From Actinomycetota bacterium (GTDB taxonomy: Bacteria > Actinomycetota > Geothermincolia > Fen-727 > Anoxymicrobiaceae): a DNA stretch of 64,000 bases. The first letter of the stretch is position 1, and each line of letters opens with the position of its first letter. The DNA lies in assembly GCA_043807425.1 (NCBI GenBank), contig JAZDFZ010000025.1, forward strand, positions 1,827-65,826, given 5' to 3'. Made by a program: the position numbers and the translations under genes. Of this stretch, positions 32,993 to 41,037 are shown piece after piece. The notes below the pieces were generated by a model. The model saw only the letters and a program-made list of their open reading frames with translations. It searched no databases and was not told where the DNA came from.

Positions 32993-33910
32993 TCAGTGGC
33001 TGGGCTCCAGGAAACGCAGCGACCAGCCGATGGGAGTGTGGTACGGTTCCCCGCCGGCCACCGCGACCTCGACTGCCTCGACTGCCTCGTCCGAGAAAGC
33101 GTTCAGCATCCTGTCGCCAGCCTGCTCCGAGGCGGCGCGAGGCTCGCCGATATAGGTCGGGGGCTCCTTCATCGTGACCCAGGAGAGCATCACCCCCAGG
33201 TACCTCACGTCAGCCGCCAGTTTTCCCGCACCCAGCGCCTGGAGCACCCGGCCGACATTCCCCAGCAGCAGGTTCGGCCAGCGCCGCCGGCCTATGGCCG
33301 TGCGCTGCAGCCCGGTCCATTCACCCCGCACCTGCCCCGGGCTGGCCTTCAGCATCAGGGAGGTCTCGTTCAGCCCGGCGTGGCAGTCGTCCGTGTCGCC
33401 GCACGCTCCGGGGCCCGCGCCCAGGCGGTCCATCAGTACAGGATCGTTCTCGACCATCCTGCGGTAGAAGGAGAGGAACGGCGCACAGACGGACACCCCT
33501 CGCTTGTAGGCCTTGCGGACGGCCTTCGCCGTGGCTATCTGGTGCCGGGGGCCGCCGTGGTTGTCGGTGACGAGGAGGTATCGGAAGCCCCTGTCGGCCA
33601 GAAAACCGGCGGCGGCGCTCACGACGTAGAAGACGGCGCGGCTGTCGACCTCCACCGAGCGTGGGATCGTGTCGCTGCCCAGGCTGTATGACGGGAACAG
33701 CACGAAGTCGAAATCTGGCAGGCGCTCGGACAGCTTCGCCAGCGCGCGGTCTCGTATCTCCTCCGCTACGGTGACATCCGTCCCCAGGGGAAGGTGCGGC
33801 CCGTGGACTTCCAGCGGGCTCAGCGCCATCACGAACAACGTACGCGCGCGGTCGAGCGCGTCGATCTCCGGGCTCGTCATCTCGGCAATCTTCATCACCT
33901 TGCCGCTCAT
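32993..33910 (-). CDS. creatininase-family amidohydrolase
   Basis: 305 aa. LSPLEVHGPHLPLGTDV, VTDNHGGP, GDTDDCHAGLNETS. Confidence 0.75.
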   Translation of the reverse strand: MSGKVMKIAEMTSPEIDALDRARTLFVMALSPLEVHGPHLPLGTDVTVAEEIRDRALAKLSERLPDFDFVLFPSYSLGSDTIPRSVEVDSRAVFYVVSAAAGFLADRGFRYLLVTDNHGGPRHQIATAKAVRKAYKRGVSVCAPFLSFYRRMVENDPVLMDRLGAGPGACGDTDDCHAGLNETSLMLKASPGQVRGEWTGLQRTAIGRRRWPNLLLGNVGRVLQALGAGKLAADVRYLGVMLSWVTMKEPPTYIGEPRAASEQAGDRMLNAFSDEAVEAVEVAVAGGEPYHTPIGWSLRFLEPSH

Positions 33911-33956
33911 GGGAACAAGTATATCAGTCGGGGTATCCTTGTCCGCATCGGCGTCA

Positions 33957-33982
33957 GACCCCGATGCGAGACCCCGATGCGA
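33957..33982. repeat. 2 x 13-bp tandem direct repeat upstream of the creatininase-family gene
   Basis: GACCCCGATGCGA GACCCCGATGCGA, 47-72 bp upstream of ATG 33910 (minus-strand gene). Confidence 0.8.
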
Positions 33983-34034
33983 ATCCTGGTAAATAGACTC
34001 CTGCCTGGCACGGTCTTAGTCAGCCTCCTGCCAG

Positions 34035-34199
34035 GTCCCGCAGGTTTGAATAACATAAGCAACACTAGTTGACAGTCGAATACAGTAACCACAAGAATCG
34101 ATCCATAAGCGATCTTTGAGTCGGAGCCCCTGTTACTAAAGTTACTAATAATATCTATATACTATTATTGTTACATATTGTGATTCAAATCTGCGGGAC
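34035..34199. repeat. 165-bp AT-rich element bounded by ~21-bp imperfect inverted repeats (MITE-like or scar)
   Basis: Left arm GTCCCGCAGGTTTGAATAACA (34035-34055). Right arm TGTGATTCAAATCTGCGGGAC (34179-34199); its reverse complement is GTCCCGCAGATTTGAATCACA. The core includes TTACTAAAGTTACTAATAATATCTATATACTATTATTGTTACATATTG, far below the window GC content. Confidence 0.6.
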
Positions 34200-34206
34200 G
34201 TGCGGG

Positions 34207-34284
34207 CTATCCCTCGGCGCGGGCGACGTGGGCCAGGACGTCCAGCACGCTGTCGGGATTGAGCGAGATCGAATCGATGCCCTC
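34207..34284 (-). pseudogene. C-terminal relic of a PEP-utilising enzyme (PpsA/PPDK-type)
   Basis: The minus frame reads ...EGIDSISLNPDSVLDVLAHVARAEG*, with the stop at 34207-34209. GIDS(I/V)SLNPD is the conserved C-terminal motif of PEP synthase-type enzymes. No upstream ORF or start is present, and the frame runs into the end of the neighbouring gene. Confidence 0.4.
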
Positions 34285-34375
34285 TCGACTACATCGGTGC
34301 CAGGCGGGATTCAATTCATGCTGTCGGTAAGGCTCGCCCGGCGGCAAAGGGTGGCAGAGCTCAAGTCCAGTTGCG

Positions 34376-35422
34376 TCAGTACCGAGCGCGGTGGAACTCC
34401 ACCACCCCGAAGTAATCGTCGATCTCGTGGACCGTCCCGGCGGAGTCCGTCGCGGTGCCCCGGAAGGTCCCGAAAGGCTGGTGGAAGTCGGACATGATGA
34501 TGCCGACGTTGACCTTGCCGCATCTCTCGCCGAGCGGCTGGAATTCGAGCCGGAAGCTGTCCGGCGCGTCGATGTGCCAGGGGTCCAGGACGTTGCTCTC
34601 GTCGAAGGTGAACCCGGGCATTCCCAGGAACGACATCCGGCCGTCCACCCAGAGCACGTTGTCGTGGAACTCGTCGGTGCGGATGTTGATCCCCCGGCTG
34701 GTGTTCAGCGCCACCAGACGTCCGTCGGGATCGTGCCCGCCGAAGGTCGCCCAGTGCCAGAACGAGGTGTAGGGGAAGAACGTCTTCTGCACGTCGATGA
34801 TGGCGATGCCCTCGGACTCGCCGAACTCGTGGGTCTTGCCACTGACGGTGACCTTCCCGGCGGCGGGGCACGCAACCTTGTGCGTGTAGGCGGGCCGGTC
34901 GCCCCTCAGGATCGAGATGAGCTCGAGCGGCTGGACGCGGTCGAGGTCCTCGATGACCTCGACCTCCGCCTTTATCGCGGGCCGGTCCCCCTTGGCCGCG
35001 ATATCCACCGTGGCCGTATGCCTCTTCTCATCGAGCCGGTTCTCAATGCGGATGTCGTAGCCGGAGAACCGGAAGCCGCACTCGCCGCGCCAGATGTCGC
35101 GGGCCACCTTCGCTACGTGAGGCGGCGCCAGCCTGTCGTGCTCCACCATGGCCCCCGTCTCGCGGTCGAGAAAGTAGCAGAACGAGTTGGCGAGGAACTT
35201 GGCGTTGACGATGGCGAACCCGAAGTAGATGTCAGGAGCGATGAACCCGAAGTGCTGCCACTCCTTGAGCCTGAACCGGGAGTAGAAGCCGGGCATGGTC
35301 CTGCCCGCCGTGGTGATGTGCGCCTCCGAGATGTTCACGTCCCTGAACGGGGTTCGGAACGCCCCGAACTCATTGATGCGTCCGTCCTCGACCATTCGGT
35401 CGGGGGTCTCTTTGAGTTCCAT
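34376..35422 (-). CDS. hypothetical protein (possibly DUF2804 family)
   Basis: ATG 35422 (GGGGGTG SD) preferred over 35437, which lies 8 nt from the tRNA. MELKETPDRMVEDGRINEFG...EWQHFGFIAPDIYFGFAIVNAKFLANSFCYFLDRETG. Family name is recalled from memory only. Confidence 0.6.
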   Translation of the reverse strand: MELKETPDRMVEDGRINEFGAFRTPFRDVNISEAHITTAGRTMPGFYSRFRLKEWQHFGFIAPDIYFGFAIVNAKFLANSFCYFLDRETGAMVEHDRLAPPHVAKVARDIWRGECGFRFSGYDIRIENRLDEKRHTATVDIAAKGDRPAIKAEVEVIEDLDRVQPLELISILRGDRPAYTHKVACPAAGKVTVSGKTHEFGESEGIAIIDVQKTFFPYTSFWHWATFGGHDPDGRLVALNTSRGINIRTDEFHDNVLWVDGRMSFLGMPGFTFDESNVLDPWHIDAPDSFRLEFQPLGERCGKVNVGIIMSDFHQPFGTFRGTATDSAGTVHEIDDYFGVVEFHRARY

Positions 35423-35444
35423 CAATGTCACCCCCATGTAAGTC

Positions 35445-35521
35445 TGGCGCCCCCGGCAGGACTCGAACCTGCGACCCGCTGCTTAGAAGGCAGCCGCTCT
35501 ATCCAGCTGAGCTACGGGGGC
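35445..35521 (-). tRNA. tRNA-Arg (UCU)
   Basis: Sense: GCCCCCG-TA-GCTCAGCTGGATAGAGC-G-GCTGC-CTTCTAA-GCAGC-GGGTC-GCAGG-TTCGAGT-CCTGC-CGGGGGC-G-CCA. Confidence 0.9.
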
Positions 35522-35630
35522 TCTTCTCACGCATATCATTATATGGCACCGTCTACAACCCGGTCCTCCCCCAGTGATATGATTGGGGCGGCCCGGATAA
35601 GTTATCGAACCGTCGTCTATCGGAGGTCGG

Positions 35631-36149
35631 ATGGCCCGCATGAGCCGCTGGAGCAGCCAGGACCGCCTGTGCATAGTGTGCGGGCACAGCCTGGGCCCCT
35701 GGGGCCGCGTCTGCGATAAATGCGGCTCCATCCAGCGCCCCTCGAAGGGCGACGGGCTCGCCATACCCATCGAGGCAGCCGGCCTCTGTGAGGTGTGCGG
35801 CGTTGATCTGCCCGAGGACTACGAGGGCACTATCTGCGAGGCCTGCCTGGCCGAGTCAGCCCCCCGCCCGGTGATCTGGATCGAGGACCTTCCGACCTAC
35901 CAAAGGGCGAAACGCGTGAGCGCCGGTGTGAGCCTGGTGTCGGGGGCGGCCCTGGTCTCCAGCATCGTTCTCGTCTTCGTCGTCGGTGCGGCGGCCTGGG
36001 TCATCATCATGATGGTGGCCTCCGCGGCCGGCGCCGGGGCGGGTGGTGCCGCATACGCGGTCTACGCCAGGAAACCCACGGGCGAAATACAGCACCTCGA
36101 GGGCGTAAAGCCCGAGAGCCCTCTGCAACAGATAGGTAAGAAGGGCTGA
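35631..36149 (+). CDS. double zinc-ribbon membrane protein (hypothetical)
   Basis: 172 aa. CIVCGHSL..GRVCDKCGS and CEVCGVDL...TICEAC, then two TM helices (VSLVSGAALVSSIVLVFVVGAAAWVIIMMVASAAGAGAGGAAYAV). Confidence 0.6.
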   Translation: MARMSRWSSQDRLCIVCGHSLGPWGRVCDKCGSIQRPSKGDGLAIPIEAAGLCEVCGVDLPEDYEGTICEACLAESAPRPVIWIEDLPTYQRAKRVSAGVSLVSGAALVSSIVLVFVVGAAAWVIIMMVASAAGAGAGGAAYAVYARKPTGEIQHLEGVKPESPLQQIGKKG

Positions 36150-36177
36150 TCCCCTTGCTGCGTCAACCGTAGCAAGT

Positions 36178-36206
36178 GTAGCAAAAGGGTCAGGCCCTTT
36201 TGCTAC
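36178..36206. terminator. perfect 12-bp-stem hairpin between convergent genes
   Basis: GTAGCAAAAGGG-tcagg-CCCTTTTGCTAC, between the stop at 36149 (+) and the stop at 36223 (-). A related copy lies at 60113-60135. Confidence 0.55.
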
Positions 36207-36222
36207 ATTACCGCAAGCCGGG

Positions 36223-37989
36223 TTACTTCCTGGAGGGGGAGGTGCCGTCGGAGCGGCGCAGGATCTTGCCCGGTCGGGAGTCCAGGTCCACCTTGCCCCC
36301 CTCGACGACAACCTTCCCGTTGATGATGACCATGTCCAGGCCCTCCGGGTGCCTCTCCGGGTCGCGGAAGACGGCCTCGGTACGGAACTCCTCGGGCCGC
36401 AGCACCAGCAGGTCGGCGAAGAAGCCCTCCAGGACACGACCCCGCTTCGGAATCTCGAACCACTCGGCCGGCAGTGAGGTGCAGCGGGCGATGGCGCTCG
36501 GCATGTCCAGCAGGCGCTTCTCGTTCACGTAGCGCCCGATGAACTTCGGGTAGCAGCCGTAGAAGAGGTATGAGGGCTTGCCGATCCCCATCAGTATGGT
36601 GTCCGTTGTGACCATGGTGCGCGCATCGGTCAGCGCCGGGTAGGTGTACTTTTCGGTGAAGTAGTCGTCCGGCTCCGCCATCGACTCGAACACCAGGACC
36701 TCGCCGTCCTCCTCTATCAGCAGGTCGCACATCACGTCGAAGGGGTGCTTGCCCTGCTCCTCGGCGATCTCGGTGAAGCGGCGCCCCTCCAGCGGCCTGT
36801 TCTCCTCGCTGTGCACGGCCATAACCGTCACCGCGTCCCACCCCATCTGGCGCATCACGTTGAGAGACCAGTCGTTGCGCCCCCGGTGCGGCCAGGTCGG
36901 TTTGCCGCTCTCGATGTCGTGGAGTATCTCCCTGCGGGTCGCCGGGTCCGTTATGCGCCCCAGGACGGTGTCCCGGTCGCCGGCCAGGCACCAGGAGGGG
37001 AAGAAAGCCAGAAGGTGGGTGAACCCCGCGGTGGTCGGCATGACGTCCATGCCGATGCGGGCACCCGCGGCGCGCTTTTTGTCCAGGTGTCTGAGGATGC
37101 GGTTCATCTCGCCGTACATGAGGAAGTTGGGGATGGTCTTGTGCGCGAACTCCGGGTGGCCCGCCAGCCACTTGATCACCTTCAGGGCCTGGTTCTGCAG
37201 GGGCCCCAGCCAGGGAAGGGAGAAGATGTGCGAGACCTGGCTGCGGATGCTGTTCTTCGTCGAGACCTCGGCGACCTCGTCGATGGCCCTGTCCAGCGTG
37301 CTCTGCGTGTAGGAGCGCAGGTGACTGGTGAAGATGCCGTCGTACTTAGCCAGGGTCCGGCCCAGGGCAACCAGCTCGGCGGTGTCGGACTGGTTTCCCG
37401 GGAAGTACTGCAGGCCCGTGGACAGCCCCAGGGCGCCGGCCTCCATCGATTCGGCCAGCGACCGGCTCATCATCTCGACCTGTTCCGGGGAGGCGAGCCC
37501 GGTCTCCAGCCCGCAGGCGGAGATCCTCATCATCCCGTGCGGGGCCAGCAGAGCGGTGTTGAGCAGCACACCGTCGGACTCGATGTGGTCCATGAACTCA
37601 CCCATGGTGGACCAGCGCACGTCCTTCTCGAAGTCCATCTGGGTGAACACCTCGAGGTACATCCGCAGCCCGTCGTTGTGCTCGGTGGTAATGGGAGCGA
37701 GGGACATGCCGCAGTTGCCGCCCACGAACGTTGTGATCCCCTGGCGCACCAGCGGTGAGAGCACCTCGGCGTGGTCCCGCCGGAAGTAGGCCAGGTCCGC
37801 GTGCGAGTGGATGTCGATGAAGCCGGGGCACACGGCCCGGCCCGTCACGTCGATCCTTCGCGCGGCCTCGAGGCCGGCGAGGTCCCCTATCTTCTCGATG
37901 GCTTCGCCCTTGATGCCGACGTCGGCCGTGTAGGGCTCGGAGCCTGAGCCGTCGATGACGGTGGCGTGTTCCAGGATCAGGTCGAACAT
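36223..37989 (-). CDS. N-acyl-D-amino-acid deacylase (D-aminoacylase) family amidohydrolase
   Basis: 588 aa. VIDGSGSEPYTADVGIKGEAIEKIGDL, GRAVCPGFIDIHSHAD, and the long C-terminal beta domain typical of the family. Confidence 0.8.
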   Translation of the reverse strand: MFDLILEHATVIDGSGSEPYTADVGIKGEAIEKIGDLAGLEAARRIDVTGRAVCPGFIDIHSHADLAYFRRDHAEVLSPLVRQGITTFVGGNCGMSLAPITTEHNDGLRMYLEVFTQMDFEKDVRWSTMGEFMDHIESDGVLLNTALLAPHGMMRISACGLETGLASPEQVEMMSRSLAESMEAGALGLSTGLQYFPGNQSDTAELVALGRTLAKYDGIFTSHLRSYTQSTLDRAIDEVAEVSTKNSIRSQVSHIFSLPWLGPLQNQALKVIKWLAGHPEFAHKTIPNFLMYGEMNRILRHLDKKRAAGARIGMDVMPTTAGFTHLLAFFPSWCLAGDRDTVLGRITDPATRREILHDIESGKPTWPHRGRNDWSLNVMRQMGWDAVTVMAVHSEENRPLEGRRFTEIAEEQGKHPFDVMCDLLIEEDGEVLVFESMAEPDDYFTEKYTYPALTDARTMVTTDTILMGIGKPSYLFYGCYPKFIGRYVNEKRLLDMPSAIARCTSLPAEWFEIPKRGRVLEGFFADLLVLRPEEFRTEAVFRDPERHPEGLDMVIINGKVVVEGGKVDLDSRPGKILRRSDGTSPSRK

Positions 37990-38013
37990 CTTCTCTCCTT
38001 CGTAATACCTGTG

Positions 38014-39096
38014 CTAGCTGCAGCTCAGCGGGCTGAACCCGGGGATGGCCGAGGACTTCCTGCCCTTGCGCAAAGCCTCCAGGAGCAGCCGTACCGAGCG
38101 GTCGTGCCCCAGCGTACGGGCCAGTCCCTCCAGCAGGTCCACCCGCTCGCGCAGCGGGTACCAGACCTCCTGCTTGAAGTTGAACACCCCGGGGTAGTTA
38201 CGTGTGAAACGCGCGAACTCCCCGGCCGCCTTCGCGCGGTCCGAGACGGCGATGGCCGCGACCTTCCCGGAGACCAGCGCCCCGGATATGCCGAATCCCA
38301 TGAACGGGTCCAGGCACCCGGACATCGTCCCGCACATGATGAGCCCGTCCCTGAACAGGCACGGGTTGTCGGGCGAGACGACCGGCGCCGCCCCCACGAT
38401 GTAGTCCCAGCGGTCCTCCTCCAGGCCATCCACCCTTCGCATGAAGTCGCGGTACTTCTCCAGGCCCTCTCGGTCTATCTCCTGCCCGTAGGCGAAGAGC
38501 AGGTTGTAGTACATCCCGTTGGCGTACGAGATGTAGCCGTACTCGTTTATGCACTCGTCCATCCAGATCCACGCCGAGCTATCGTGCTCGGCCACACCGA
38601 AAGAGCGCCAGGCGAACCACTCCTTGTAGGGTATGCCGAGGTAGTCGTAGGCGGGCCGGTTCAGCCCGCAGGCGATGATGGTACCCTCGGGCAGGGAGGC
38701 GATGTCCTCCCGGCGGAGCGGGGTCTCGAACTCGAAGGAGACGCCCGCCTCGAGGCACCTGTTATACAGCAGCGTGTCGAGGCTGGACGGCCGGTCCGAA
38801 CGCTCGACGTGGTAGGCCATAAACACCGGCGCGTCGATCCGGAAGTCGTGCAGGTAGATCGCAAGCGAAGAGACCGGAACGAACGCCGGTGTGATGTCTA
38901 TCCCGATGTACTCGGAGGTCGCCTGCGGGTCCAGCGGCGTGGTGTGCAGAGAGGGGTTGAAGATATGAGAGCCGCCGTAGGAAGGCTCCTGCTCCCGGAC
39001 GACCACCTCGCGGCCTTCGCCGGCCAGGTTGCAGGCCGCGATCAGCCCGGACATCCCCGCTCCGTAGATAATGACCCTCTTTGATGCCAAGACCAT
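38014..39096 (-). CDS. FAD/NAD(P)-binding oxidoreductase
   Basis: 360 aa. N-terminal Rossmann motif RVIIYGAGMSGLIAACNLAGEGREVVVREQ. Confidence 0.7.
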   Translation of the reverse strand: MVLASKRVIIYGAGMSGLIAACNLAGEGREVVVREQEPSYGGSHIFNPSLHTTPLDPQATSEYIGIDITPAFVPVSSLAIYLHDFRIDAPVFMAYHVERSDRPSSLDTLLYNRCLEAGVSFEFETPLRREDIASLPEGTIIACGLNRPAYDYLGIPYKEWFAWRSFGVAEHDSSAWIWMDECINEYGYISYANGMYYNLLFAYGQEIDREGLEKYRDFMRRVDGLEEDRWDYIVGAAPVVSPDNPCLFRDGLIMCGTMSGCLDPFMGFGISGALVSGKVAAIAVSDRAKAAGEFARFTRNYPGVFNFKQEVWYPLRERVDLLEGLARTLGHDRSVRLLLEALRKGRKSSAIPGFSPLSCS

Positions 39097-39242
39097 CCTC
39101 CGTCAGATGCCTTTCCGCTGTGAATGTAGGCCGACCGAGCTGGAACCGCATCGTGGTGCGAGCCGAGTCTCGGCATACATTGACCAGGCTGGCCGGACAA
39201 ATCGCAAGGATATCACATTCGCGCGGCCGAGTAATTGACCAG

Positions 39243-39998
39243 TTACGTGACCCCGGGGGACCGGACCGCCTCGGCGAAGATGGTCACGCAGGCCTTGAGC
39301 GACGGCGTAGCGGAGTGGGCGGCGTACTCCCGCGCCCGGGCGCGCTCCAGCGGTCCGGCGAACGGCATCTCGCGCCGGAACAGCCACTTCCACAGGTAGA
39401 GCCAGATCATGGTGAACTGCTCGACCGCCCCACCGGCGAACCGTACCCGCCGGGCCTCGAATCCGGCCTCCGCCAGGATGGCCTCCAGCCGCTCGCGGGA
39501 GTAGTGCCGGTGGCCCAGGTAGAACGCCGGGTCCAGGGCCCGAGAGAGCAGGCTCTGATAAGGTGTCGAGAGAAGCAACCGGCCCCCCGGCTCGAGGCTC
39601 GCGCTCAAGCGCCTGAGGAAAGCCACCTCGCTCCCCTTCGGCAGGTGCTCCAGGACGTCGAATAGACACACGACCGTGAAAGAGCCCAGGTCGGAGAGGT
39701 CCCCCGAAGCGTCCCGGTGCAGGAACTCGGCGCCCGGGGCCTCTTCCCCGGCGCGCTCTACCAGCGGCTCCGATAGCTCCAGCCCCACCGCTCTGGCGGC
39801 CCCGTGCTCCAGGGCGTACCTCTCGAACCAGCCGAATCCGCATCCGACGTCCAGCGTCGAGGCGCCGGCCAGGTCGCCCGCCATCTCGCAGAGGAAGGCG
39901 TGCCTGCCGGTGAAACGCTGCCCAATCAGATCTCTCTCCAACAGACTCCTCACCGCCCGTCCGTCCTTTCGGCCTATGATACAGGAGTGAAAGATCAC
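39243..39998 (-). CDS. class I SAM-dependent methyltransferase
   Basis: Motif I LDVGCGFGWFERYAL, then VVCLFDVLEHL. Start uncertain: GTG 39998 lies inside a family-4 repeat. TTG 39941 has a GAGGAG SD. Confidence 0.75.
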   Translation of the reverse strand: MIFHSCIIGRKDGRAVRSLLERDLIGQRFTGRHAFLCEMAGDLAGASTLDVGCGFGWFERYALEHGAARAVGLELSEPLVERAGEEAPGAEFLHRDASGDLSDLGSFTVVCLFDVLEHLPKGSEVAFLRRLSASLEPGGRLLLSTPYQSLLSRALDPAFYLGHRHYSRERLEAILAEAGFEARRVRFAGGAVEQFTMIWLYLWKWLFRREMPFAGPLERARAREYAAHSATPSLKACVTIFAEAVRSPGVT

Positions 39999-40117
39999 CT
40001 CAGACCAAAACTTTCATCGTACGAGGTGTCATCGGATATCGGAGGTTTTGAAAGAAATGGTGTGAGGTATTCTTTCAAGCAACGCGTTACGCAAGAATTG
40101 GTTTGAGGTGTTTTTGC
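39989..40117. repeat. family-4 hairpin repeats, locus A (1 minus-oriented and 2 plus-oriented copies)
   Basis: A1 39989-40015 (reverse complement GAAAGttttggtctgaggtgatCTTTC). A2 40050-40076 GAAAGAAatggtgtgaggtATTCTTTC. A3 40091-40117 GCAAGAAttggtttgaggtgTTTTTGC. Confidence 0.8.
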
Positions 40118-40942
40118 GTGGAGGAGATAGAGCAGGCGGCAGGTATCCTTGCAGGGGCGTCGGACGTGCTGGTATTCACCGGGGCCGGGGTCTCCGAGGA
40201 GAGCGGCATCCCCACCTTCAGAGGTACGGGGGGGATCTGGGAGCGGTACCGGCCGACGGTATACGGGACCGTACCCGGGCTGACCGCCGCGTTCGCCTTC
40301 CGCCGCCGGAAGCTCGCGGCGTTCGCGGTCGAGGCCCTCGAGGCTTTTGTGCAGGCCGAGCCCAATCCCGCGCACCTCGCCATCGCCGAGCTGGAACGTA
40401 TGGGCATTGTCACCGCGGTCGCGACCCAGAACGTGGATGGCCTGCACCAGGCCGCCGGCAGCAGCCGCGTCCTGGAGCTGCATGGAAGCGCCTACCGGGT
40501 GCGATGCCGGCGCTGCGGTACCAGGATCCAGGTGCCGCGCGAGAGGCTGGCCCGGGTCGTCAGCGATCTGGAGGGCTCCCCCTCCAGGAGGCGGATGCTG
40601 GCGGTGCTCAGGGAGTACGGGGAAGGCTGTGAGTGTGGTGGCGGGGGCCGCCCGGACGTGGTCTTCTTCGGTGAGTCACTCCCCCCCGGTGTCTTCGAGG
40701 AGGCGGCCGAGCGAGCCTCCCGATGCGACCTCCTGCTGGCCGTGGGGACCTCCGGGCTGGTCATGCCCGCCGCCGGGATCCCCCTGCTGGCCGCCGATTC
40801 CGGCGCGAAGGTCATTGAGGTCAACCCTCTCCCATCGGGCCTGACCAGGCTCGCCGACCTGTTCGTCCCGCTGGCCGCCGGCCGGGCCCTGCCCGCGATC
40901 GTGGAAGCGGTGAAAGCGCGGTCGGACAGAACACCGGTCTGA
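40118..40942 (+). CDS. cobB: NAD-dependent protein deacylase (Sir2 family)
   Basis: [32 protein letters not shown], Zn module CRRCG...CECGG, VVFFGE, VGTSG. GTG 40118 sits 7 nt after GAGGTG. The ORF-track TTG at 40103 lies inside the repeat. Confidence 0.85.
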   Translation: MEEIEQAAGILAGASDVLVFTGAGVSEESGIPTFRGTGGIWERYRPTVYGTVPGLTAAFAFRRRKLAAFAVEALEAFVQAEPNPAHLAIAELERMGIVTAVATQNVDGLHQAAGSSRVLELHGSAYRVRCRRCGTRIQVPRERLARVVSDLEGSPSRRRMLAVLREYGEGCECGGGGRPDVVFFGESLPPGVFEEAAERASRCDLLLAVGTSGLVMPAAGIPLLAADSGAKVIEVNPLPSGLTRLADLFVPLAAGRALPAIVEAVKARSDRTPV

Positions 40943-41037
40943 CGCCTTTCGAGCGTGTTATACTGCGGGCGACCGCGGACACGAGCGTCTCGGGCGAAGG
41001 GAGACCCGCTCGAGTACGCCCCCCAAAGGAGGACCGG

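Noticed and set aside
34003-34020. TGGCACGGTCTTAGT, resembling a sigma-54 -24/-12 promoter.
   Set aside because: The -12 element is TTAG rather than TTGC. It is on the plus strand with no downstream plus-strand gene. It also forms half of a local inverted repeat (CCTGGCA...TGCCAGG).
34168-34497. 109-aa ORF starting in the AT-rich island.
   Set aside because: It has no SD and a low-complexity Arg/Ser/Pro C-terminus. It overlaps the 3' end of the well-supported minus-strand gene, and the region is better explained by the PEP-enzyme relic on the other strand.
32802-35521. The interval between tRNA-His and tRNA-Arg as an intact genomic island or prophage.
   Set aside because: No integrase, recombinase or phage genes are present. 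There are no direct repeats of a tRNA 3' end, and the two intact genes have normal GC content. Only the small AT-rich element and the gene relic are reported, as possible scars.
40118-40942. Sir2-family gene as a possible anti-phage defence (Sir2-based) system.
   Set aside because: It has the full set of housekeeping CobB/sirtuin motifs, including the Zn module. There is no fused or adjacent effector/sensor partner (no HerA, pAgo, TIR, STAND or similar), and its neighbours are metabolic.
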